The notes under the pieces are model-generated. The model did no database searches and was not told the origin of the DNA. It saw only the letters and a program-made list of their open reading frames with translations. From NCBI GenBank assembly GCA_044866005.1, contig JBIOTN010000067.1:15068-79067 (forward strand): DNA of 64,000 bases, read 5' to 3'. Position numbers and translations under genes: made by a program. The stretch comes from Candidatus Rokuibacteriota bacterium (lineage in GTDB: Bacteria > Methylomirabilota > Methylomirabilia > Rokubacteriales > DASRDR01). Shown here piece by piece: positions 30,103 to 39,028 of this stretch. The stretch's first letter is position 1; every line of letters begins with the position of its first letter.

Positions 30103-30651
30103 GTGCGCGTGCAGCGGATTGCAGGCGGTCGGCCACACGTGGGGCTCGTCCTCGCGTTGCTCGTCTCCGTCTCGCCCGCGACGGTGTCGGATGCGACCGA
30201 CGTCCGGCCGGCCGTCGGGCATCGCGCGCCCGATTTCGTCCTCCGCGATCCGGACGGCCAGCCGGTCGAGCTCTCCCGGATCCTCGGCGAGCACGCCGTC
30301 CTCCTCAACTTCTGGGCGACCTGGTGTCCGCCGTGCCGCGAGGAGATGCCGACGATGGAGCGGGCGTACCGCGACTACAAGGCGCGCGGGCTCACGGTCC
30401 TGGCCGTGAGCATCGACGCCGGCAGTGAAGCATCCGTCAGGGCGAAAGTGAAGGCGTTCATGAAGGAGCTGAAGCTCACGTTCCCGGCCGTGCTGGACGT
30501 CGAGGGCGAGGTCGTGCGCCGCTACCGGCTGCGCGGCCTCCCCACGACGTTCCTGATCGACCGGACGGGCATGATTCGATCGGAGGAGCTCGGGTTCCGG
30601 GACTGGAGCGATGCCGCGGCGCGAAGGAAGCTGGACGCCCTGCTGAAATGA
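30103..30651 (+). CDS. TlpA/ResA-like thiol-disulfide oxidoreductase
   Basis: APDFVL, LLNFWATWCPPCREEMP and LPTTFLID motifs. Confidence 0.92.
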   Translation: MRVQRIAGGRPHVGLVLALLVSVSPATVSDATDVRPAVGHRAPDFVLRDPDGQPVELSRILGEHAVLLNFWATWCPPCREEMPTMERAYRDYKARGLTVLAVSIDAGSEASVRAKVKAFMKELKLTFPAVLDVEGEVVRRYRLRGLPTTFLIDRTGMIRSEELGFRDWSDAAARRKLDALLK

Positions 30652-30661
30652 GTCCCCGCCC

Positions 30662-31429
30662 ATGGCGCTGATTCACGAGCTGATGCGGAGCTGGTACCTG
30701 GTGCTGAGCCGGTTGAGCGCCGCGCTCACCGTCCCGGTGAGCGACCTCGCCGACCGGATCGAGCTCCCGCTCCTCACGGTGCTGCTCTTCGGCGTGGTCG
30801 GCGCGATGGCGCCCTGTCAGCTCACGACGAACCTCTCGGCGATGGCCTACGTCGGGAGCCGCGCCGGCGAGGGCCGGCCCTGGCGCGAGACGCTCGCCTA
30901 CCTCGCGGGGAAGGCCCTCGTCTACACGCTGGTCGGCGCCGCCGTCTTCGCGGTCGGCCGGGAGCTCCAGGCGGCGGCCATTCCCGTGGCCATGGCGGCG
31001 CGAAAGGCGCTCGGGCCCCTCATGATCCTCATCGGCCTGGGGCTGCTGGGGCTCTACCGGCTGCGCGGCTCGCTCGGCGGTCGGCTCTCCGCCTGGCTGC
31101 GGACCCGGGCACCGCAGCGCGGCGCGTGGGGCGCCTTCCTGCTCGGCGTGGCCTTTGCCGGGAGCTTCTGTCCCACGCTCTTCTGGCTCTTCTTCGGCCT
31201 GACGATCCCGCTGGCCCTGCGGAGCGCGGCCGGGTGGAGCTTCCCGGCGGTCTTCGCGGCCGGCACCACGCTGCCCCTCGTCGCGTTCGCCGGGCTGCTC
31301 GCGCTGGGGCGCGAGGCCGGCGGGCTGGTCGAGCGCCTCCAGCGCTCCCACGGGCTCGTGCACCGGATGGCGGGGGTGGTGATCATCCTGGCGGGGATCA
31401 ACGACACGCTGACGTACTGGGCGCTCTGA
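30662..31429 (+). CDS. CcdA/DsbD_2-like membrane protein
   Basis: APCQLTTN and SFCPT Cys-Pro motifs; multiple TM segments. Confidence 0.8.
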   Translation: MALIHELMRSWYLVLSRLSAALTVPVSDLADRIELPLLTVLLFGVVGAMAPCQLTTNLSAMAYVGSRAGEGRPWRETLAYLAGKALVYTLVGAAVFAVGRELQAAAIPVAMAARKALGPLMILIGLGLLGLYRLRGSLGGRLSAWLRTRAPQRGAWGAFLLGVAFAGSFCPTLFWLFFGLTIPLALRSAAGWSFPAVFAAGTTLPLVAFAGLLALGREAGGLVERLQRSHGLVHRMAGVVIILAGINDTLTYWAL

Positions 31430-31459
31430 GACACGGCACGCTGAAACGGAGGATCTGAC

Positions 31460-31963
31460 ATGTCGAGGATCGAGCGAGAGCGAATCGGGGCGGCGGGCGG
31501 GGAGAACGGCGCGGGGACGGCCGGCCCGGGTGGCGGCGCGCGCTACTGTGCCGTGTGCGGGACGGCGGTGGGCGGCGAGAGTCCCCCGATCGAGCGCTTC
31601 GGCGAGCCGTTCTGCTCCGAGGCGCACGCGGCGGAGTTCGTCGACCGGGTGCGGGGCGCCCGGGTCCAGGCCGCGGCGAGGCCGCCGGCCGCGGGCAGCG
31701 CGTGTGCCATGGGTGCAGGCGACGCCGCCGCGCCGGGACAGCGCGGGAAGGCGACCCTCGGGCGGGCGCTCTGCTGGGGCGCGCCGCTCCTGGTCCTCGG
31801 CGTGCTGCTGGTCGGCGGCACCGGCGCGCTGGCGGGGGCGGCCGGCGCCCTCCTGCCCGCGCTCGCGATCCTGGCCTGCCCGCTCGGGATGTACCTGATG
31901 ATGCGCTCGATGTCGAAGATGGGCCACCAGGACGACCGCGGCGACACGGATGGCCGGAAGTAG
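31460..31963 (+). CDS. Membrane protein with YHS/TRASH-like N-terminus and DUF2933-like C-terminus
   Basis: YCAVCG...FCSEAH; LACPLGMYLMM. Confidence 0.6.
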   Translation: MSRIERERIGAAGGENGAGTAGPGGGARYCAVCGTAVGGESPPIERFGEPFCSEAHAAEFVDRVRGARVQAAARPPAAGSACAMGAGDAAAPGQRGKATLGRALCWGAPLLVLGVLLVGGTGALAGAAGALLPALAILACPLGMYLMMRSMSKMGHQDDRGDTDGRK

Positions 31964-32030
31964 CGCCGGCCGTGCGCCGGGCGCGAGCGCTCGCCCTGAC
32001 GGCACGGTCGAGTAAAAAGGGGCGCGACGC

Positions 32031-32651
32031 GTGAAGCTCTACGAGCGGTACGTGTTGCCGTGGCTGATCCACCTGGCCATGCAGACCCGCGTGCACACCG
32101 CGGAGCGGGCGCGGTTCGTCCCCATCGCCACCGGGCTGGTCCTCGAGGTCGGGGTCGGCTCGGGGCTCAACCTGCCCTTCTATGGCCCGAAGGTCGCGCG
32201 GCTCTACGCGCTCGACCCCTCACGAGAGCTCTGGCGGCTGGCGCGCCGGCGGCTGCGAGCGGTCGCGTTCCCGGTCGACTATCTCGCGGCCTCGGCGGAG
32301 CAGATTCCCCTGGACGACGGGAGCGTGGACTCCGTCGTGAGCACGTGGACCCTCTGCACGATCCCGGATCCCGCCAGCGCGCTCGGCGAGATCAAGCGCG
32401 TCCTGAAGCCGGACGGGCGCTTCGTCTTCGTCGAGCACGGACGGGCGCCCGAGCCGGGCGTGCGCCGCTGGCAGCAGCGGCTCGACCGGGTCTGGCCGCG
32501 GATCGCGGGGGGCTGCCACCTCGGCCGCCAGATCGACGACGTGATCGCCGGAGCCGGGTTCCGCGTGGCGCAGATCGAGCGCGGGTACACGCCGGGCTTG
32601 CCCCGGCCGTTCGGATACCGGTTCAAGGGGCTCGCCCAGCGCCCCGACTGA
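32031..32651 (+). CDS. Class I SAM-dependent methyltransferase
   Basis: VLEVGVGSGLN, TLCTIPD, RVLKPDG and GGCHL motifs. Confidence 0.9.
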   Translation: MKLYERYVLPWLIHLAMQTRVHTAERARFVPIATGLVLEVGVGSGLNLPFYGPKVARLYALDPSRELWRLARRRLRAVAFPVDYLAASAEQIPLDDGSVDSVVSTWTLCTIPDPASALGEIKRVLKPDGRFVFVEHGRAPEPGVRRWQQRLDRVWPRIAGGCHLGRQIDDVIAGAGFRVAQIERGYTPGLPRPFGYRFKGLAQRPD

Positions 32652-32667
32652 CCAACGGGAGGAAGAC

Positions 32668-33570
32668 GTGCGAAGACGCATACTGAGCTGGTTTCGGGTC
32701 GTAGGAGCGGGGGCGGCGCTGCTCGGGGCGACAGGGCTTGCGTCCGCCGCCTCGCAGCATCCTGGCACGGCGAGCTCGACGTTCGAGCATGTCCACGCCC
32801 TGGCGATGGACGCCGAGGGCCGGACGCTCTGGCTCGGGACTCACGCCGGGCTCTTCCGGACCGAAGGCGGGGGACGGTCGTGGGAGCCGGTGGCGCTGCC
32901 TGTGCCGGCGGGCCACGCCGACATCATGACGGTGACCACCGACCCGGGCGATTCCCGGGTGCTCTACGCCGCCACGCACGATGCCGGGGTCTTCAAGAGC
33001 GTGGACGGCGGGGCGACGTGGAAAGCCGTGAACGCCGGCCTCGGCGGGCTGGACGTCCACGGGCTCGCCGTCGACCCGAACACGCCGTCGAAGCTCCACG
33101 CCGCCGTGCGGGACAAGGGCGAGGGGATCTATCGGAGCACCGATGGCGGCGGCAAGTGGACGCGCGTGGACGATGGACCCGGCGGCGAGGTCAAGGTCCT
33201 GGCCTCGGTCAACATGCCGACGGGGATGGGCGGCATCTGGCTGTACGCGGGCACGGCCGAGGGGCTTCAGCGGAACCCCGACTGTTTCTGAGGGTGGAAG
33301 CTCATGGCGGGCGGTCTGCCCGCCGGAAAGACGGTGAACGGCTTCGCGGTGGATCCCACCAATCCGCGCCTGATGTACGTCGCGATGCGGGACGGCCTCT
33401 TCCGCAGCACGGATGGCGGCGAGAGCTGGAAGCCGGTAGGTAAGGGGCTCCGGGACATGGCGGTCGTGGTCGTGAACCCGAAGCGGCCGGCCGAGGTCTA
33501 CGCGGCGACGACCGATGGGATGATCTACCGGAGCGCCGACGGAGGAACCACGTGGGAACGCCGGAAGTGA
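32668..33570 (+). CDS. Secreted Asp-box/BNR beta-propeller protein, putative selenoprotein (PDCF-U-GW; U208)
   Basis: SxDGGxxW repeats on both sides of an in-frame TGA at 33289-33291; hairpin 33306-33324; signal peptide; HVHAL and DVHG His motifs. Confidence 0.75.
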
Positions 33571-35096
33571 CGACGCTGTCGCGGCGGGACTTCCTCCGCC
33601 TGTCGGGCGGGGCCGGGGTCGGCGCCGTGGCCTTCTCGCTCGGCGGCGGCGTGCTCTCCCGCGCGGGCGCCGCGCCGGCCGGCGGGCGGGGCGTCCGGGA
33701 GATCCGGCTCGAGGCGAGCGACCTCACGTGGGAGCTCGCACCGGGGAAGCGCGTCAAGGCCATGGCCTACGGCGGCCAGGTCCCGGGGCCGGAGCTGCGG
33801 GTCAAGGAAGGCGAGCGCGTGCGCGTCATCCTGACGAACCGCCTCGCCGAGCCGACGACGATCCACTGGCACGGGGTGGACGTCCCGAACGCCATGGATG
33901 GCGTGCCGGCGGTCACGCAGAAGCCGGTGCCGCCCGGCGAGAGCTTCGTCTACGAGTTCGAGGCGCGGCCCGCCGGGACGCGCTGGTACCACACGCACGC
34001 CGACGAGCATCGGCAGCTGGACCTCGGTCTCGCGGCGCCGTTGATCATCGAGCCGGCGACCGCCGAGCCCTTCCCCTTCGACCGCGAGTACACGCTCGTC
34101 CTCGACGACTGGGCGACCGGGACGGGTCCGGCATTGCCGCCGACGCGCGAGGGGATCGCCGGCGCGCGCGGCGGCATGGGCGGGATGATGGGCCGAATGG
34201 GCGGCGGCATGGGCCGCATGATGGAAGGGATGATGGGCCGGGGCGGCATGGGCGGGATGATGGGCGGCCAGATGTCGGGACGCGGGCACGAGCCGGCCTA
34301 CGACACGATGACGATCAACGGCAAGGCCTACCCGGCGACGACCCCGCTCACCGTGCGGAAGGGCGAGCGGGTCCGCCTGCGGCTGATCAACGCCAGCGCC
34401 GACCACACGCACGTGATCCGGCTCGCCGGCCACCGCCTCCGGGTCACCCACACCGACGGCAATCCGCTCGTCCAGCCGGTCGAGGTGGACGCGATCCCGA
34501 TCGCGCCCAGCGAGCGCTACGACGTCCTGTTCGTGGCCGATCGGCCGGGCGCGTGGTTCCTCCACTGTGTGCAGACCGGTCACCCGGGCGCGGGCGAGCA
34601 GGTCGCCGTGGTGTACGAGGGGCACGAGGGCGAGAGACCCGACCCGCCGGCCGGGGGCGTGGCCGGGCTCGACCTCTGGCAGTACGGGCTCGGCCGGGGC
34701 CGGGACGTGCTGCCGCGCGCGTGGGGGGGCGAGCGCGCGTTCGACCTCCTGCTGAGCGGCGGCATGATGGGCTCGGACGCCTGGACGATCAACGGCAAGC
34801 AGTACCCGCGCACGGATCCACTGCGCGTCCGGAAGGGCGACCGGGTCCGCGTCCGGTTCGAGAACCACAGCATGGAGGCGCACCCGATGCACCTCCACGG
34901 GCAGTCGTTCAAGGTCCTCGCCGTCAACGGCGCCCGGTACGCGGCCCCCATCGTGAAGGACAGCGTGGACGTGGACGCTCACATGGGCTCGGTCGTCGTC
35001 GAGTTCACCGCCCACAACCCCGGCGACTGGTTCCTCCACTGCCACAAGCCCATGCACATGGAGGGCGGCATGATCACCCTCGCCCAGATCGCCTGA
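33567..35096 (+). CDS. Tat-exported multicopper oxidase with Met/Gly-rich insert
   Basis: SRRDFL Tat motif; IHWHG, WYHTH, HPMHLHG and HCHKPMHMEGGM motifs; GTG start overlaps the upstream stop. Confidence 0.92.
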   Translation: MTTLSRRDFLRLSGGAGVGAVAFSLGGGVLSRAGAAPAGGRGVREIRLEASDLTWELAPGKRVKAMAYGGQVPGPELRVKEGERVRVILTNRLAEPTTIHWHGVDVPNAMDGVPAVTQKPVPPGESFVYEFEARPAGTRWYHTHADEHRQLDLGLAAPLIIEPATAEPFPFDREYTLVLDDWATGTGPALPPTREGIAGARGGMGGMMGRMGGGMGRMMEGMMGRGGMGGMMGGQMSGRGHEPAYDTMTINGKAYPATTPLTVRKGERVRLRLINASADHTHVIRLAGHRLRVTHTDGNPLVQPVEVDAIPIAPSERYDVLFVADRPGAWFLHCVQTGHPGAGEQVAVVYEGHEGERPDPPAGGVAGLDLWQYGLGRGRDVLPRAWGGERAFDLLLSGGMMGSDAWTINGKQYPRTDPLRVRKGDRVRVRFENHSMEAHPMHLHGQSFKVLAVNGARYAAPIVKDSVDVDAHMGSVVVEFTAHNPGDWFLHCHKPMHMEGGMITLAQIA

Positions 35097-35169
35097 CGAT
35101 GTCGGACGGACGGCGAGGAGGCGAGGGCGGGAAGTCGCCGCATGGGCCGCTCGGGAGGAGGCCGACACC

Positions 35170-35745
35170 GTGAACCTGTCACGCTGGGGTTGGGGTTCCC
35201 GCGCCTCCCGGCTCGGATTGTTGGTGCTGGTGGGCCTGGCGGCGCCGGCGCTCGCGGCCTCGGGGCCCGGCGACGCGCCCAGGGACCCCTTCGACACCAT
35301 GGGCGTGCACCGTCCGGCGGAGCCGGCGCCGGCTCCGGATCTGGCCTTCCGGTCGCTGGACGGTCGCGAGGCGCGCCTGCGCGACCTCCGGGGCAAGGTG
35401 GTCCTCCTCGGTTTGTTCCGGACCGACTGACCCAACTGCCGGCGGGAGGCTCCCGCCAAGGCGGCGCTGTATCGGGCGTTCCGGGCAAAGGGACTGGAAG
35501 TCGTGGGACTCGACCTGGGGGAATCGGCGGAGATGGTCCGAGCCTTCGCGAGAGAGTTCCAGGTGACGTTCCCCATGTGGCTCGACCCCGCGGGCCAGAG
35601 TCCGGCGGCCCTCGGCGTCTACGGGCATCCCAACACGATCGTCATCGACCGCGAGGGCCGCATCGTCGGCCGCGTCCGGGGCGAGCGTGACTGGGGCACC
35701 GACGACGCCCGACGTCTGGTCGAGGTCCTGTTGAGCCGCCGATGA
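35170..35745 (+). CDS. TlpA/AhpC-TSA-like redoxin, putative selenoprotein (RTD-U-PNCRRE; U87)
   Basis: LRGKVVLL...U-PNC-RREAP aligns with paralog WCPPCREEMP; frame continues through HPNTIVIDREG to 35745; hairpin 35441-35457. Confidence 0.87.
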
Positions 35746-36482
35746 CCCGGAAAACGGGGCTGGCCAGAATGCCGCGAGCGGCGTGGCTCGCCGGCCTCGT
35801 CGTCCTGCACGCCGCCGTCGCCGCCGTGGCGACGTGGATGGCGGTCACCGGGCAATGGCCCCGCGCGCTGGGGCTCGGAGCGGCCGGCGAGTCCACGCCG
35901 GCGACCCTGGAGACGCTCGGCCGGTACGGCGAACTGCCGGACTTCCGGCTGACCGAGCGGAGCGGCGACAGTGTGAGCCGGGCCGACCTGCTCGGGAAGG
36001 TCTGGGTGGCGAACTTCGTCTACACGCAGTGCACCGAGACGTGCCCGCTGCAGACGGCCGAGATCGCGCGACTCCAGGCCGAGTTCGTGGGGGAGGCGGA
36101 CTTCCGGCTCGTCTCGATCACCGTGGACCCCGAGCGGGATGACACGGCGGCCCTGTCGCGCTACGCGGAGCGCTACGGAGCGGACAGGCAGCGCTGGCTG
36201 TTCCTCACCGGGGACAAACGCGCGATCTACCGCCTCGCCAAGGACGGCTTCCGCCTGGGCGTCGTCGATCCCGACGACCCCGGAGCGAGCCAGACGAGCC
36301 TTCTCCACTCCTTCTCACCGGCCGCGGCGTGGGCGACCCACGGCTCCCAGGGCCTGATCATGCACAGCTCCCGGTTGGTGGTCGTGGACCGGACCGCGAC
36401 GATCCGCGCCTATCACCTCCCCGACGACCCGCAATCGCTCGCTCGTCTCCGGCGGAACGTGCGGAGCGTGCTCCACCCGTGA
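35742..36482 (+). CDS. SCO/SenC copper chaperone
   Basis: FVYTQCTETCP (CxxxC), ITVDPERD, WLFLTG and IMHS motifs. Confidence 0.9.
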   Translation: MTRKTGLARMPRAAWLAGLVVLHAAVAAVATWMAVTGQWPRALGLGAAGESTPATLETLGRYGELPDFRLTERSGDSVSRADLLGKVWVANFVYTQCTETCPLQTAEIARLQAEFVGEADFRLVSITVDPERDDTAALSRYAERYGADRQRWLFLTGDKRAIYRLAKDGFRLGVVDPDDPGASQTSLLHSFSPAAAWATHGSQGLIMHSSRLVVVDRTATIRAYHLPDDPQSLARLRRNVRSVLHP

Positions 36483-36615
36483 ACCAGCTCTGGAGGCTCG
36501 GCCGCTGGGCGGCCGCTGGCCTGGTCGTCGCCGTCGTGGCCAAGGTCAGCCTGGAGATCATGCGCGGCGGCCCGGGCCGCCACAACGTCGAGGCGGTGCG
36601 CGACGCGCGCGGCGG

Positions 36616-37200
36616 ATGAGGTCGCCGATGCCTCGCCTCGGAAAGTACGCCATGGTGCTCGTCCCGGCCGTCGGCCTGATCGGGCTCCTCGCCTATGGCT
36701 TTAGCCGGGACCCCCGCGACATCCGCTCGCCGCTCCTCGGGCGCCCCGCCCCGCCGCTGTCGCTGACGCTCTTCGACGGCAGCCGGTTCGTCCTGGCCCA
36801 GCAGGCGGACAAGGTCGTCGTCGTGAACTTCTGGGCGTCCTGGTGCCTGCCGTGCCGGGACGAGGCGCCGCTCCTCGAGGCCGCCTGGGTCGCCTACCGG
36901 GAGCGCGGGGTCGTCGTGGTCGGGGTAAACTTTCAGGACGCGGAGCCCGCCGCGCGCGCCTTCCTCGGTGAGTTCGGCCTGACGTACCCGAACGGGCCCG
37001 ACGCCGGTGGGCGGATCGCGATCGGCTACGGCGTCTACGGGATCCCCGAGCTGTTCGTCATCGGGCGGGACGGGCGGATCGCGTACAAGCACATCGGCGC
37101 GATCGGGGGGACTGTGCTCGTGGCGAAGGTCGAAGAGGCCCTCCGCGGCACGGTCAGCGCGAGCGAGGGGCGGAGCGGGCGCTATCAACCGATCCGGTGA
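36616..37200 (+). CDS. TlpA/CcmG-like thiol-disulfide oxidoreductase
   Basis: VVNFWASWCLPCRDEAP and YGVYGIPE motifs; N-terminal anchor. Confidence 0.9.
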   Translation: MRSPMPRLGKYAMVLVPAVGLIGLLAYGFSRDPRDIRSPLLGRPAPPLSLTLFDGSRFVLAQQADKVVVVNFWASWCLPCRDEAPLLEAAWVAYRERGVVVVGVNFQDAEPAARAFLGEFGLTYPNGPDAGGRIAIGYGVYGIPELFVIGRDGRIAYKHIGAIGGTVLVAKVEEALRGTVSASEGRSGRYQPIR

Positions 37201-37217
37201 CCGAAAGGAGCCACTCG

Positions 37218-37706
37218 GTGTCGCAGGACGATCGGAACGTCGAGCGATCGCGCATCACGCTGCTGGCCGGAGGCCTCGCCCTGGCGCTCACCCTGGCGAC
37301 CCGGCGGGAATCTCGCGCGGCGCCAACGCCCTTTCCCGAGGTCATGGTCTACAAGACCCCGACCTGACGCTGCTGCGACGCGTGGGTGGGGCACCTGCGC
37401 CAGCACGGGTTTTCGGTGACGGTCGAGAATCGCACGGACCTCCGGCCGATCAAGGCGAAGCACGCGGTGCCGGCCGAGCTCCAGACCTGTCACACGGCGC
37501 TCGTCGGCGGCTACGTCGTGGAAGGGCACGTGCCGGCCGACCTGATCGTCCGCCTGCTCCGCGAGCGGTCGCCGGTGGCCGGCCTCGCCGTCCCCGGGAT
37601 GCCGGTCGGGTCGCCCGGGATGGAAGTGCCGGGGAGCCCGGCGGCCAAATATCAGGTCTTCAGCTTCGACCGGAGCGGCAAGACGACGGTGTTCGCGAGC
37701 CGGTGA
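37218..37706 (+). CDS. DUF411 (CopG-like) periplasmic metal-binding protein, putative selenoprotein (YKTPT-U-RCC; U50)
   Basis: RBS AAGGAG; signal-like N-terminus; TGA 37365-37367 at the first Cys of the family CxCC; TCHTA, EGHVPA and PGMPVGSPGME motifs; hairpin 37380-37400. Confidence 0.85.
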
Positions 37707-37712
37707 GACGGC

Positions 37713-38066
37713 ATGGCGGGAGCCGGTCGCCGCGGCGTGCTGGTCGGTTTCGGTCTCGCGGCCCAGGTCCTGGGCGCGGTGGGCCCCGCCGGGGCGACGC
37801 CGCTCCAGAACCTGGCCGACGACCAGGTCGTCCGGACGATCCGCTACTGCCGCGGCGAGTACCGGCTCACCATGGCGAGCGGCGCGCGCCGGCGCTTCCC
37901 CGAGTTCAACCTGCGCTTCAAGACCGATGGCAGCCGGGAAGGCCCGGAGCGCGGCCGGCCGGTGTTACTGCCGGCCGGGATGCAAGGGGACCGCGGGCAG
38001 GTGATCTTCAGCGGCCCGGAGGAGCTCAGGCGCTTCCTCGTCGAGGGGTGTGACGGCACGCCGTAG
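37713..38066 (+). CDS. Exported hypothetical protein
   Basis: RR-containing signal; NLRFKTD...GMQGDR; two Cys; operonic spacing. Confidence 0.6.
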   Translation: MAGAGRRGVLVGFGLAAQVLGAVGPAGATPLQNLADDQVVRTIRYCRGEYRLTMASGARRRFPEFNLRFKTDGSREGPERGRPVLLPAGMQGDRGQVIFSGPEELRRFLVEGCDGTP

Positions 38067-38958
38067 CGGGGGTGCCGCGGCCCTTCTCATCCTTCTGCTG
38101 GCCTCCGCGCCGCCGGCGCCGTCCCACGAACTGCCGACCTTCCCGCGGGTCCGCCTCCTCTCGGCCTCGCCGCATCGGTGGGACCCTGGGATTCGCATCG
38201 TGACCGTCGAGGTGCGCGACCCGAGCGGGCGCGAGCCGGTGGCGGGCGCGGAGGTGGTCGTCTCGGGGCTCGAGCGGGAGCGTGGCTCGGCCGTCCGCCT
38301 GCGCGACCACTGGCTCGCGCCGACCCCGCAGGCCGGCGTCTACCAGGGAGCCGTGGAGTTCCCGGGACCCGGCCTGTGGGACTTGACGGTCACCGTGAAA
38401 GGTCGCTACGTCGGCGAGGCGCACTTCACGCTCGAGGTCACCGGCGCCGGGCCGCGGGCGGCCTCGCGAGGCGGTCAGCCGGAGCTTGCCTTCGGCTGGC
38501 AGGGCTGGCGGTTGCTCGTGCTGAACTGGGGCCACCTCCTCGGCTTTGGTCTCTGGCTCGGCATCACGGCGCTCGCGCTCGCGCGGCGGGACCCCGCGCC
38601 CCGGGCGACGGTGCGCCTGACCTGGCTTGCGCTCGCCATCGGCGTCGCCACCGGCTTCAACAAGATGGAATACGGGACTCCGTTTCCCCGCGGCCTGCGC
38701 CTCCTCGACTGGGACGTGCCGCGGATCTTCTTCGGCCGGGAGTACCTCTACACCCTGACGGCGAAGCATCTCTTGATCGTCGCGGCCTTCGCCGTGACGG
38801 CCTGGATGACGCGCCTCGTCTGGCGCGCCGAGCCGAGCGCCGCGGGTGGCCGGCGGTTCCGGCAGCTCCTCCTCGTGAACCTGCTGCTCGCCCTGGCCAT
38901 CGGCGGCGCAGCCGCGATCCTCGGACTGCTCCACGCGATCGTTCTCCACTTCGCCTGA
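38050..38958 (+). CDS. YtkA/FixH-like Ig domain plus His-containing TM domain
   Basis: GVYQGAVEFPGPGLWDLTV; TM helices with WGH, KH and LH. Confidence 0.6.
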   Translation: MTARRSGGAAALLILLLASAPPAPSHELPTFPRVRLLSASPHRWDPGIRIVTVEVRDPSGREPVAGAEVVVSGLERERGSAVRLRDHWLAPTPQAGVYQGAVEFPGPGLWDLTVTVKGRYVGEAHFTLEVTGAGPRAASRGGQPELAFGWQGWRLLVLNWGHLLGFGLWLGITALALARRDPAPRATVRLTWLALAIGVATGFNKMEYGTPFPRGLRLLDWDVPRIFFGREYLYTLTAKHLLIVAAFAVTAWMTRLVWRAEPSAAGGRRFRQLLLVNLLLALAIGGAAAILGLLHAIVLHFA

Positions 38959-38986
38959 GCCGGCCGGCACGGCGGAATGAATCCTC

Positions 38987-39028
38987 TTGACAGGAGTAGA
39001 CTGGCAGTCTTTTAATGACCCGAAGTCA
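38987..39028 (+). promoter_or_regulatory. Sigma70 promoter with TetR-type operator(s)
   Basis: TTGACA...TTTAAT; TGAC-N5-GTCA at 39016-39028, repeated at 39676-39688. Confidence 0.6.

Noticed and set aside
34170..34275. GGCGGCATG/GGGATGATG repeats as a DNA repeat array
   Set aside because: They encode the Met/Gly-rich insert of the multicopper oxidase.
36480..36619. 46-codon hydrophobic ORF between SCO and TlpA ending in TGA, considered as another Sec readthrough
   Set aside because: No Cys-type motif context and no coherent continuation; it may be a real small membrane peptide but cannot be supported.
38987..39028. TTG start for TetR as given in the ORF track
   Set aside because: This TTG is the -35 TTGACA box; GTG at 39029 gives a normal TetR N-terminus.
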